55,714 nucleotides of DNA from Octopus bimaculoides (lineage: Eukaryota): NCBI RefSeq assembly GCF_001194135.2, contig NC_068998.1, forward strand, positions 27,418,542 through 27,474,255, written 5' to 3'. Positions 23,541-35,914 of this stretch are shown piece by piece. How positions within the stretch are numbered: position 1 is the first letter of the stretch; each line of letters opens with the position of its first letter. The position numbers were made by a program, and so were the translations under genes. A model generated the notes under the pieces. It searched no databases. It was not told where the DNA came from and saw nothing but the letters and a program-made list of their open reading frames with translations.

Positions 23541-24444
23541 GAATCGGTGTTGATGGCTAAGTTTGTCCATAATGTATTATATCCAGGTACTGAATGTACT
23601 TCAATCAGTTACTGTACATAGTAACTGTACAGTCCTGTTCATGCACTCTAACATTATGCAATTTTATTTACTACAACCACTATTTTACCTGTACTGGTGT
23701 ATTGTTTATTATGATACATACACATCTAAACAACATTATAACCACTGTATCCTTAGGATAACCATAATTTATGCGTTGTTCTAGTTCATAATTTTACACA
23801 ACACTTATACAGTTTAACTGTGATGTTAAATTGCAGTTGAGATGTATAGAAACACCATAATCATGCACAAACAGCATTATAATTAGTGTAAATTTAATAG
23901 TAGCCTTAATATTGCATGTGTTATGTATGTTTTGCAAATTTCTTTGCTGAGTATTATACAAGTGTGGTAGGTATTATGTCTACTGTCTACACTAGCACTG
24001 ACATAAAATAGAAGCCAGCAATGAATTTTAATGTGTATAATGCTAGTGTATAAACAATATGCTATTGATGCAACAGTGTGACCAGGTGAAGTTAAAATAG
24101 TCAATATCTAAGCCTGAAAGCTGTTGTGTGCAGCTGTAGCACAAATTCACTTGGAGCATATGATCAGCTGCACAAATGTGTATTATAGTGAATACTGCTA
24201 GCTGGATAAGTTTGTCCATAATGTTTTGGCTAAACTTCAATCGATAGAAACCATTAGCTGCATAATCATTATACCTGTAGATCTTGTGAATTTGTTAAGC
24301 TGTATTAATATATTTGCTAACTTAGGGGCTAGCATGTAAGAGATTGTCTTCTCATCCAGGGGAAAAGTTCTTGTTTCTTTAACACTACACAAATCAATGT
24401 TAACTCAATCAATCTTCTAACATCTGGTGGGAGTGGGGTATCTC

Positions 24445-24872
24445 TTTTACTCTTTTACTTGTTTCAGTCATTTGACTGTGGCCATGCTGGAGCACCACCT
24501 TTAGTCAAGCAAATCAACCCCAGGACTTATTCTTTGTAAGCCTAGTACTCATTCTATCGATCTCTTTTTGCCAAACTGTTAAGTTATGGGGATGTAAACA
24601 CACCACTATCGGTTGTCAAGCGATGTTGGGCGGGGGGGTTGCAAACACAGACACAAACGTACACACACACACACATATATGTATATATACATACATATAC
24701 ACATATATACAACTGGCTTCTTTCAGTTTCCGTCTACCAAATCCACTCACAAAGCTTTGGTCGGCCCGAGGCTGTAGTAGAAGACACTTGCCCAAGGGGC
24801 CACGCAGTGGGAATGAACCCGGAACCGTGTGGTTGGTAAGCAAGCTACTTACCATGCAGCCACTCCTGCACC
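24445..24872 (-). mobile_element. SINE family A, well preserved
   Basis: CpG-retaining full reverse-complement copy with a (CA/TA)n core. Confidence 0.9.
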
Positions 24873-25194
24873 TAATTATTTTCTTTTATCTACTAGTTTT
24901 TATTAATTGCACTTCATGTTAAATCCAAATGTCAACTCTGTTTATTTGTGATTAGTCAGAAAAGAAGCAGCATCCATAGACTGAACTTTCATGGTTTGCT
25001 GATATCAATGAAGTTAAAGTTCAATTTGAACTCTTGTAGAGAAAAACATGAATGACTGAGTTTTCAAAAATTGTAATTATTGAAAGGAATGATTAAGCAA
25101 CAGGTTTAGTTCAGTATTGAGCAAGGATAGACACAGTAAAGATGAGAAATGGTTGTAGCGAGCAAATTTGATATGCAACAGTGACAGTGCTGTG

Positions 25195-25590
25195 TAAAAA
25201 GCACTGGCGAAGCACCCACTGGCGTTAGGAAGGGTATCCAGATGTAGAAATTCTGCCAAATCAGATTGGAGCCTGGTGTAGCCATCTGGTTCACTACTCC
25301 TCAGTTAAATCATCCAACCCATGCTAGCATGGAAAGCGGATGTTAAACGATGATGATGGTGCCGCGTGAAAAGCACTGGTGATGGTGCCATGTGAAAAGC
25401 ACTGGCGATGGTGCAGGGTGAAAAGCATCTAATACACCCTGTAAAGTGGTTGGCATTAGGAAGGGCATCCAGCAGCAGAAACTGAGCCAAAACAGACAAT
25501 GGAAGTTGGTACTGCCCCTGACCTTGCCAGATCTTGTCAAGCTGTCCAGCCCATGTCAGCATGGAAAAAGGACATCAAATGATGGTGATT
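25195..25590 (+). mobile_element. two tandem RTE 3' tail copies
   Basis: 25195-25358 and 25365-25590, each with ggc(g/a)ttaggaaggg(t/c)atccag...ccc(a)tg..agcatgg...tgatg. Confidence 0.8.
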
Positions 25591-26269
25591 ATAGTTCAAA
25601 GTAGCAGGTTCCATTGTAATAACAGAGGAAACTGTGAAACTAAACATGACTATGAAATAACAATTGCAGTATGTCAGTAGCTGTGTCCTGTATTCATTAT
25701 TAACAGGGGTGTATAAAGACTTTGTTGGTGAAGATTAGTGACTTTTAGAGGTTATTAGTTATCCTTTTTCCTCAGCTAAAAGTGAACCATACTTTCATAA
25801 TCAGCAAGGCTATGTCTATGGGTGAGGAAGGGAGACCCAAGATGGGTCAATGTGGAGCAAGTGGGCTGTCACTAACTTACATGAAATATCAGTTTTGTGG
25901 GTGAGGTTTGCCTCCTGAATTAGGCACCAATCTGCTACAGAAATAGACAATGATGACTGCATAAAGGCCGAGTTTGGAGGAGGGAAAGAGGTCAAAAGTA
26001 GTTGAGTGTTGGTCAGGTGAGGATATTATTCACTAGTGTTATTGCTTTAGAAGATTTGCAAGAAAGTAAAAAATTTCTCAAGTTTTCAGTACTACTACAT
26101 CAACTGTGCATAATAGACAAACAGGTAGCTTTATAAGCAAAACTTGGCTAGAGCTTCGCTATGTCTGCCAAAGATCAGACTATTCTTCCCCTCACTGCCT
26201 TGTGTTTATCCAATTTTAATTAATTATTTCAAAGTTTTCTTTTAATAATTTATTATTGACAAGGGATGA

Positions 26270-26650
26270 CAAGGTGTCGAGACTTGAGGTGATTTGCTGT
26301 CCTTAGAAGACATGTCAAGCTAAGTAAAATCATGGCCATTCATACCTACAGGCATGTCCTTTATGGCCATGTCCCCACACCCTCTCCCAGCTGAGAGGTC
26401 TTTGTCTTGCAGGTGCTGGTGTCACGTAAGATGCATTCATGCCAGTACCACATGAATGCACCCATGCCTGTAGCACATGAAAAGCACCCAGCACAGTCAA
26501 TAAGCTGGTTGGTATTAGGAGAAGCATCCAGTTGTAGAAACCATGCCAAAACAGACAGCTGGAGTCTGGACATCTCTCTTGTTGGCCAGCTCCTGTCAAA
26601 CTGTCTAAACCATGCCAGCATAAAAAACGGATGTTAAACGATGATGATGA
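26270..26650 (+). mobile_element. longer RTE 3' fragment
   Basis: Starts gacttgaggtgatttgctgtccttagaagacatgtcaagctaagtaaaat (like the reverse complement of 47040-47100) and ends gttaaacgatgatgatga. Confidence 0.8.
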
Positions 26651-27469
26651 ATTTGATTTTCATTTATCTTTGTTTTATATAAACAATGTTCCACAATATT
26701 TACATCTACATTCAGATATAATCTTGGCTATTTAAAGTTATTGTGCTCTCCACATTTTGTTCACACTTGATTCACCCTTAAATAGTAATTAATGTTAACA
26801 TATTTAATGCAATGAGTATAAAAAATATCTAATTAGAAATAATTATGTGGTGAGGTAAAAATAATATTAGTTGATGAATATTATTTTCATTTTCTTGGTA
26901 AATATTATTCTAACTGCCTCACTGAAGTATAGGCCTCATCTTACTTGCCAAAGTAGTGATGACAAAATCACTAAGTAAATGTAAAGCAGTGTAGAGTAGT
27001 TGGGGTAGGAAAGCAGAATTGTTTAGAGAATAAATAACTCAGAAGTGCCATCTGCATGATAGACAATAGTTAAGTTGATAGATGAGGGAAATGAAGAATC
27101 CTGATAATTTAGAATGAAAAATTATTCTGAATCTATCATCACACAGTCTTAGAGAGTTGATGGGGAACTAGAAATTTCTCAAGGTTTTCTTGTAACTGAT
27201 CTGTGTTTGTTGTGTTGTGCTTAAGTGTTAGGTGTGATTGAACATATGATGTTAGGATTGTTGCTTGCAATAACAACAATCTGTGCTCTTCATATGCCCA
27301 GGTGGTCTCTCATTTTCAATCTTTGTATAAATGGTCTGTGTGCAGCTTGTGATGCCAAACATTGTTTTGTATTCTTTGTAGTTTGTTGTGGAGAAATACG
27401 GCAACATGGCAAATGGCTTTATATATTGGTTTAAAATATGGGCATACTGCCAGTATCTTTGAGAGGGAA

Positions 27470-27632
27470 ACGGGTATGTTAGTTACATCAACTGGTACTT
27501 ATTTTATCTACCCTGAAAGGATGAAAGGCAAAGTTGACATCAGCAGAATTTGAACTCAGAACATGAAGACGGACAAAATGCCATGAAGCATTTTGCCCAA
27601 CATGCTAACAATTCTGCCAGCTCTCCACCCCA
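27470..27632 (-). mobile_element. SINE family B
   Basis: actggtacttattttatctaccctgaaaggatgaaaggcaaagttgac...gaatttgaactcagaac...attctgccagctc. Confidence 0.85.
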
Positions 27633-28237
27633 ACGGTGTTATAAATTTTTTGTACTTTAGTACTGCTGTTTCTTTGTGATGTCTGTGGGTATAATGAATA
27701 TATCTGTTGGTCTTTTCACTTCCTTTACTACATTTATGTGTGTGGTGTGAATACTGCAGAGGTGTAAGCAGTTTTTAGTGCGTTTGCTTTTAATCATAAT
27801 GTTTACATTGTTGACAATGATGTTTGGTTGTATTTGATGTCCTGTGGTGTTGAAGGTAAGAAGGAAAATGACAGATTTTATCTTTTTTACTTTTAGCATG
27901 TTTGTTCAGAAGTTTCTAGGTACTTCATTTGAGGCTCAGGTAATTAGTTGCACAAAGAATAGTCAAAAAAGATGAATGTGATAATATTTGCATGTGAAAT
28001 TGTGTCTTGTAGTGGGAGTTGAAGATTGTGTAAGTTAAAAAACATTGATGAGAGGACAAAACCATTTCTTAAAATTCTCAGCTTATCTAATAATTTTTAG
28101 ATCAAGTGTAAACTGAGTTCAACATGAAGATCAAACTGAAACGTCCCTAACTTTTTTATATATTTATGTGTTGTAATCTGTTGTTGAATCTTTAGTTATT
28201 GTAAGACTGTGTTTGTAATCCTCGCCTGTTTATAAAA

Positions 28238-28283
<46 letters not shown>

Positions 28284-28351
28284 CACACGCACGAGCGCAT
28301 AAGTCCAAAACAAGGTGGAAAAAACAGTACTCGAATACCAAAGATAGAGTA

Positions 28352-28487
28352 ACATTCTTTTATTAAAGCTGCAAGACTATTACTCAGTTTCATGTTACCA
28401 TTCATTGGACACCACAACTGTCCGATGAACAGGAATGTGAAACAGTAAAAGTTTTGTGATAATTTTGCAGCTTTAATAAAAGTATGT
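28352..28487. ncRNA. fold-back element carrying two inverted, decayed hammerhead-like cores
   Basis: Outer arms 28352-74 / 28465-87 match 22/23. Plus core CCGAUGA-aca-GGAA-ugu-GAAA-cag-UA at 28422-47; minus core CCAAUGA-aug-GUAA-cau-GAAA-cugag-UA at about 28408-28380. Both stem II variants derive from acg-GGAA-cgt by CpG decay plus one loop change. Confidence 0.55.
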
Positions 28488-29853
28488 GTGTATATAATAA
28501 TGATAATGATAATTTCTTAAGTAACAAAAAGATGGATTTGGTATTAATCTTTAATTTGTACCATGTTGTGTTACATCAATTTTGCACAAGTGTTTGTGTG
28601 TGTATGTATAGATACGTGTGTGTATGTGTATGTATGCAAGTGTGTGTATATATATATATATATATATATTGGCGTAGGGGTGTGTGATCCACCCTTGGTG
28701 ATATAGATGTTGAGTGGGTTAGACTGTCTGTGAACCACCCGTCTTGAGACAAGCATGATGACACACTACTCATGAAGTTATTTTCCAACCGTGAATTATA
28801 CCAACTTCGGCTGAGATTGACTGGATGGGTGGGTGGCTAACATCCCCTGTGTGAGTGCATATACGAGCAAAAGTGTGTGTGTATATGTGTGTATACGCAT
28901 CCTGATCTAAGCTAGCTAGCTAAACAATATTTAGCTCCCTAGATATTAAAGCCTGCACATATATCCCTCTTTCCTCTTAAACCATTCCTGTCTTAAATCC
29001 AGTGTAACTCAATCCATCCCTATTCTTCCATTAACTTCCCTTATGAACTTTTTCTTTTCTTTTTTTTATCAACAGTTATTTGTCTATATTTACAAGTGTT
29101 TGCAACTCTTATTGAGAAATAAAATAGTAACAGAATATTGTAACAATGCTTCATTCCCTAACCAGACGGGCATAGAACAACATGACAGCCAAAATTCAGG
29201 ATCTTTAGTGAGACACAAACCATTATGCACTTGATGGGACCCAGACTACAAAATTGAGGCAACACATGTTGAATGGAGTCCCACTCAGACGGGACAATAT
29301 CAGGGCAGGTCGAAATTACTATTGTACAAAATAAAGATTAATACCAAATCCATCTTCTCGTTACTTAAACTATTATTATTAGTATCTCAACTGACACTGC
29401 AGAATTCCTAAAGTAGATTCAACGGAAACATACCCCGACTGTGGATAACACCAGGTAGCCCAAACTGTGCCAACATATATACCCGTTTGTCCAAAAATAT
29501 CAAATATATATATATATATATTCTGTACTCTGGTTATTATCATTTTTTTGTCTACGTTTTGTTTGCAATGTCCTGTACCCAGATATGCACCTATATATAC
29601 AGGTAGATGTAGGTATGCACATACTTTTACGTATGTATGCATATACTCATTTATTATTTGTGTTATATATATATATATATATCCTTATATATACTGGGGA
29701 TAAATATTATCTTCCTGTATTAATATTGTCTCTGTCACTAATAAGTATTTTTTAACAAGCTCACTGGCTAATCACGACACCAGCACCTGTTCTGAAACTG
29801 TTTTTCTATATATCACTGCTATCTCTAGTGGTTTAGCATCCATGGTTTAGCAT

Positions 29854-29900
29854 CCATCACTGACAAGACCAAGGAAGGTCGAAATCACGTAATCTGGTGG
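29854..29900 (+). ncRNA. minimal type I hammerhead motif with G8A lesion
   Basis: Stem I CCAUCA 29854-59 / UGGUGG 29895-900 (6 bp, one G-U). Core CUGACAA 29860-66; stem II GACC-aaggaa-GGUC 29867-80; GAAA 29881-84; near-palindromic UCACGUAA 29885-92; AUC triplet with the cut after 29894. Confidence 0.75.
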
Positions 29901-30884
29901 TCTCAGCCCTGGAGGTAGCAGGGATTTGTCTCCCCACTAGTGATATAAACAAGAGTACATTTTGCAGCAAATGTGAGAGTTTCTCTCATGGTATCTACTG
30001 CAGTATAGTTTGTTCTAACAGAACATTCATGTTTAAGTGGGAACAAATATTTTCCCTTCTTCAGTTTTCTTGTCTGAATCTCATAATATTTCCTCTAATA
30101 AATCTGTGTACTGTTGTCAGAAGTACTTTTAGTTTATCATTTGTACTATATAATTTGGAGTTAACTATATAGAAAAGATGGTTGTCTTCTCATAACATTT
30201 GTATCTAATCTAGTTTAACATGGTGGCTAAAGAGTAAGTTCTAGGCTTAAAATGAGTTGGGAGTAGTCACCTGTCTCCTGGGGAATATTCCTAGTTTAAT
30301 GGAAATAGTTGACGTTGTTGTTGTTCTAGTTCAGTTTTTGTCGACCAGTAGTCTATTTGTATTTTAGGTTTGGCTTTGTTATGTTGTCATTTTCTTTTTG
30401 TATTTTTTAAGTGTTCTATTTTAATTTCTGGCATATTTTTGGTTTTGAGAATACAGCTTCAGTTGGCCAGTCTTTTGGGCATGACATTAGGTTTTGACCT
30501 GGGTTATTTTTCCTTTGAATCATGTGAGTAGTTGCAGTTTTTTTAGTAGTGTTCCTGTAAGATGTGCATGTAAATAAAGACATACCTCTTTTGTCCATTT
30601 ATGTGTTCTGTTTTATTTGCAACTCTTTTATTCAGACTGTCAGTTTTGTTGGGTACCTATTTATTTGTTTCTACTGATGTTGCTCACTGTTTGCCAGGTT
30701 TTATGTATCAAAGTACACATTTTTCTATTGACTTTGGGTTGAATGATATAGCTTTTTATTTGTATTGCTTGTTATGGTTTGTGGAAAAGAGCAGATTCAT
30801 TTTGATGTCGATGCAAACCTTTCACTGATAGTTTCACATATGGTTGTTGTTTTTGTTATTGTTGCTCATGTTATTTTCGCTATT

Positions 30885-31330
30885 AAGGCAGCAAGTTGGC
30901 TGAATCGTTAACATGCCAGGCAAAATGCTTAGTGGCATTTTGTCCTGAATTAAAATTCCATGGAGGTTGACTTTGCCTTTCATCCTTTCAGGGTCGATAA
31001 AATAAGTACCAGTTGAACGCTGGGGTTGATGTTAAAGATTTTACCTCTCCCCCAAAATTGCAGGCCTTGTGCCAAAATTTGAAATTACTGTTATCAGTAT
31101 TATTAGGGTGGCAAGCTGGCAGAATCATTAGCCTGCTGGACAAGATGCTTAGCAGCATTTCATCTATTTTTATGTTCTGAGTTCAAATTCCGGCAAGGTT
31201 GACTTTGCCTTTTATCCTTTCAGGATTGATAAAATAAGTACACCCTGAGCACTGGGGTCTATGTAATCAACTTAACCCCTCTCCCAAAATTGATGGCCTT
31301 GCCAAAATTTGAAATCATATTTATTATTAT
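30885..31330 (+). mobile_element. two head-to-tail SINE family B copies
   Basis: 30885-31095 and 31105-31330, separated by an att-rich tail. Confidence 0.85.
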
Positions 31331-31384
31331 TAGGGTTAGGGTGGTGGATTGGAAAAATTATTAAAGCTTTGCAGTATATTCTTT

Positions 31385-31590
31385 TATTCTTTTACTTATT
31401 TCAGTCATTTGACTGCAACCATACTGGAGCACCACCTTGACAGGTTTTTAGTCAAACAAATCAAGTTCAGGACTTATTTTTTAAGCCTAGTACTTATTCT
31501 GTCGGTCTCTTTTGCTGAACTGCTATGTTATGGATACATAAGCACACCAATACTGGTTGTCAAGGAGTGATGGGGGCAACAAATATAGAC
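31385..31590 (-). mobile_element. SINE family A, 3' half
   Basis: ttcagtcatttgactgcaaccatactggagcaccacc...ggttgtcaaggagtgatggggg. Confidence 0.8.
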
Positions 31591-31592
31591 AG

Positions 31593-31769
31593 AAGGGTAA
31601 AGATACCGCTTGCTAAAAAATTAAACCACCAATTCTACGATAAATACACACCTTGAAATTCCATCCTGAAGGTAGGCTTATTTTTTAAAATATTCATTAC
31701 ATTGCTCGTGTGTGTATTTTTCATAGAATTGGTGGTTTTAATTTATTAGCAAGTGGTATCTTTACCCTT
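31593..31769. mobile_element. fold-back/MITE-like element with inverted arms of about 59 bp
   Basis: aagggtaaagataccgcttgctaaaaaattaaaccaccaattctacgataaatacacac versus gtgtgtatttttcatagaattggtggttttaatttattagcaagtggtatctttaccctt. Confidence 0.8.
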
Positions 31770-32333
31770 TTGTTCTTTAAATATTTTATACCTGTTTAGG
31801 TAGAAGTCTTGCTAGCCACCTCATTATTACTGTTTTTAACAGTAATAATACTTCACATATTTACATACATATATACAAATATATAGAGACTGGGAAATTA
31901 ATAATTGTTTATTATTAACAGCAAATTAATCATTGTCCCTTACAACTGTTTCAATTAATACTCAGTAAATATTAAATTTATATGACCTGAACATAATATC
32001 TTCAGAGGGAAAAAGATATACCCTTGGATGTTTTATATGTGTTTATGGGTTCATTATAGTAGATTGAATGATACTGTTTATGATTTGTATTGTTATATGT
32101 TCAGGCAAGGGGTTTGCAGGTTGATTAGAGATAAGATGGGAGTAGGTAAATAAATTTGGAACAATAAATGAATAAATTAGAGATAATAGAGGAAATTTAA
32201 ATATAAATAAGGTAAGTTTATAGTTGATAAAAGAATGGAATGTTCGTTTATAAGGTATAAATAAAAGTTATATGCAAGTACACACACATATATGTATCCT
32301 TACATCCATACATATACACCCATATACTCACAG

Positions 32334-32369
<36 letters not shown>

Positions 32370-32379
32370 NNNNNNNNNN

Positions 32380-32423
<44 letters not shown>

Positions 32424-32554
32424 ACATACACACATATCCATGCATTTGTACACATATACGAACACATTAATATGTATGCGCACTCACACATACATGCACA
32501 TATGTATATTTATATATGCGTTTACACTTTTTACCCAATGGGTATATATACACA

Positions 32555-33625
32555 ACACACACATGCAATGGACTTCTTTCAGTTTCTGTCTACCAAGACC
32601 ACTCACAAGACTTTGGTCAGCCCAAGGCTATAGTAGAAGACACTTGCCAAAGGTGCCGCACAGCGGGACTGAACCCGGAACCATGTGGTTGGGAAGCAAG
32701 CTTCTTACCACACAGCCATGTCTGTGCCTACTAATCTGCTCCTTCCTCCCTAAATTTCTAACCCTATTCCTATTTTAGAAACAAATGTTATTTGGTGTTA
32801 ACCTGTTTAGATGTGTTTTGAAATCAGCTTCAAGGTTCTGGATTTTAAGCTTCAACTCCATGAAAAAATAACTTATAGGATTTGTTTTCAGACAAGAAGT
32901 CTATCCATATGGGGTACAGAAGAGAAGTTTGTTAAACAACCTTATTTTATTTATATTATTTTAGATTTTTCATTTTTTTTTCTTCTACTTTTCTCTACTT
33001 GCATTCACAAAATGGCAATTAGAGAAAGCAGCCACACCCTCTCAACAGAGAATGAAGACTATTATACAAGCATGAAAATTATACAAGCAAGGCATCTTTT
33101 AAGGGGGTGGGGCTTCTTTTCTCAACAATCAGAGTACTATGAACAATTATACTTTTTACCTTTTTATTTGTTTTAGTCATTGGATTGTGGCCATGCTGGA
33201 ACACCACATTGAAGGGTTTAGTCAATCAAATTGTTATTCCAGTACTTATTTTCTTTTAAAATCTGGTACTTATTCTATCAGTCTTTTGACAAAGCACTAA
33301 GTTACAGGGATGTAAACAAACCAACACTAGTTATAAAGTAGTTTGGACACACACACACGTGTTTTCATATATCTTTTACTTTTTTCAGTCATTTGACTCT
33401 GGCCATGCTGGGGCACCACCTTGAATGGTAACAAATCAACTCCAGGACTTATTTTTTTAAATTCTAATACTTGTTCTATGGAGATGTAAAACGCACCAAC
33501 ACTGGTTGTCAAGCAGTGGTGAAGGGACAGACACAAAGATTCACACAAACGCACATACCATGGGCTTCTCTCAGTTTCTGTCTACCAAATCCTCTCACAC
33601 AGCTTTGGTTGGCCCAAGGCTATGG
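32555..33625 (-). mobile_element. cluster of three SINE family A fragments
   Basis: About 32555-32728 (head), 33160-33350 (3' half) and 33370-33625. Confidence 0.75.
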
Positions 33626-33866
33626 TAAAAGTGTAATGTTCAGCACATTGACACAATCATATATAACAGGCTTATTTATCAATTGTAGATAGCTTCCCCA
33701 AAAAATGCTTAAGGGACATCCCAACCTTCTATTCAGCATTTCATAAGTATGGCTGTTTGTAGCAAGTTAGAGGTTCCTTCCTTGCTTCAATTGAAACGAT
33801 ATGATGTTTTAGCCCCTGGTCAGACCTGATTGAGCAAACCTATGGGCATATTTATTTATTTGCATG

Positions 33867-33910
<44 letters not shown>

Positions 33911-34038
33911 TATATATGACGTTGACCACTAACGTGGACATTCAATGTGCTAGAAATAGATCACATCTTGTGTCTAATAAGACCTAAATTGTTCTCAACA
34001 TGAAATATAGCGTGATACTAAAACGTAAGCGGGCATGA

Positions 34039-34854
34039 CAGGTCTGATGGGTAAATTGTCACCATTTTATATTTTTAATTTCGTGCATGTGCATCGTTTG
34101 TTTTTGATTTTGTCAGTTGGGCACTGTCTGTGAGAAAAGCAGTACCATGATGCAATTCACTCTGCCAGAAATTTGGAAATGACATACTGTACTGCTTGGC
34201 ATTCATGCCAGAAGCTCCAATATAGACATTTCAGAGTGTTTGGGTGACAATCTGAGGCTATATACCGAGAGTGATGAAAATCAAACATCCAGTCAACATC
34301 ATGGTGTTTGGAGTGATCACTAGTGATGGCAACGTTATGCCTCCATTTATCTCCCACATGGCCTCACACTCAACACTGAGGCCTACACCAAGTGCCTGGA
34401 GGAGGTAGTGCTACCCTGGGTCAAGAGGATGGCTGCTGGAAGACTCTATGTCTGACAACAGGACTCTGCACCGTGCTCACAAGCAGGAAAACGCAGTCAT
34501 GGCTGTCAGACAATTTCTGTGACCACACCATTCCTAATATCTGGCCACCTAACTCCCCAGACTACAACCCTCTTGATTATTATGTGTGGAGAGCAGTTGA
34601 GCAAGAGACCAACAAAACTCCTTGTAACACCAAAGATGAACTGAAGGCAAGGATTATGGTGGCATTCACCAGCTTAAACAAGGAGACTGTCCAGGAGAGT
34701 TGCAGGAGATTCTGAAGTTGTCTGGAGACCGTGGTTGAAGCCAGTGGCAATTTTATTTAGTCTTTAGTATTTCAAGATATTTTTATGTAATTTTGAGATG
34801 TCTGTTATTTTCATTTTTGTGTAATTTAGATGGCAGTTTATTCTCCACACCCTG
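34039..34854 (+). mobile_element. internally deleted Tc1/mariner, DD37D (maT-type), transposase pseudogene
   Basis: Frames give KIKHPVNIMVFGVITSDGNVMPPFI and QQDSAPC..SRKTQSWLSDNFCDHTIPNIWPPNSPDYNPLDYYVW; I count 37 residues between the Ds. Right end caccctg|TA; degenerate left TIR near 34039; N-terminal coding region largely missing. Confidence 0.85.
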
Positions 34855-35049
34855 TATATATATATTCTTTTATTTGTTCCAGTCATTTTGACTGGCCATG
34901 CTGGAGCACTGCCTTTTAAAACATGCCCCAGGTGAGGAGCGAACTCATGACCTTCAGATTTCTCTGATTTCAATTTAGATTGAGATTTGGATATCACTGA
35001 TAGCGGTTATTAGTTTGGTAGCCTCTAGCCTGTGAATTAACTAGCAGTA

Positions 35050-35262
35050 TGCCACAGCGGATTGATACCAGTGCTGGTGCCACATAAAAAGCACCTAGTA
35101 CACTCTGTGGAATGGCTGGCATTAGGAAGGGCTTCTTGCCATAGAGAAAGCATGCCAGAACAGATAATGGAGTCTGGTGTGGCTCCTGTCCTTACCAGCT
35201 CCAGTCAAACTCTCCAACCCATGCCAGCAAGGAAAATGAACATTTGATGATGATGATGATGA
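35050..35262 (+). mobile_element. RTE 3' tail copy
   Basis: ggtgccacataaaaagcac...ggcattaggaaggg...ccaacccatgccagca...tgatgatgatgatgat. Confidence 0.75.
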
Positions 35263-35880
35263 TATACTCTGTAGGAATACTACTAGATAAATGTTCCTAT
35301 TTTATCATCCAGTCACAAGATTAACATAATCACAGTTGTTTAATATCAGGTCTTCTGCAATGCCAATCCCTCTTGCAGCATTAGCTACACATTATGCAGT
35401 GAAGAAATGTAATAAATGTTATCAGATATGAACAATGGAAAGAGTTATCAGTTAAAGCTGTGTACCTTGCTGTGTACCCCTCCCCCAGTCATAAGTAGAT
35501 GTTGCAGTCTGTTGAAAATAATAAAAAGAACAAAGAAAAATAAAAAAAAATAACCTGAAGGAAAAGAATATACCTCCAAATCAGGAAAATGTGAGGAGCT
35601 CATCTTCCTGCATGATAAACTATGTTCCCAATTCTTTAAAAATAATGAAATGATAGCACTATTAATTGAACTGAAGGATGAAGGGAGCAGCAATATTTTA
35701 AGTGAAGAAAAGATGGGCTTTAATTTTGTGGAGCAGTTGGGTGATAGACTGTTAGTCAAAACTACATGATTAGTCCATGAATTACTACTGTGCAATTTCA
35801 TAGTGTGTGAGGGATTTCTTTTCCTAGCGTATTTGGATATTTCACTTTCAAGACACAGCAAGTGACCGATATCATGAGTC

Positions 35881-35914
35881 ATTCTGACCAAACCTGTTTG
35901 GGTTTGGTCAGAAT
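35881..35914. repeat. perfect 14-bp hairpin
   Basis: attctgaccaaacc-tgtttg-ggtttggtcagaat. Confidence 0.9.
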
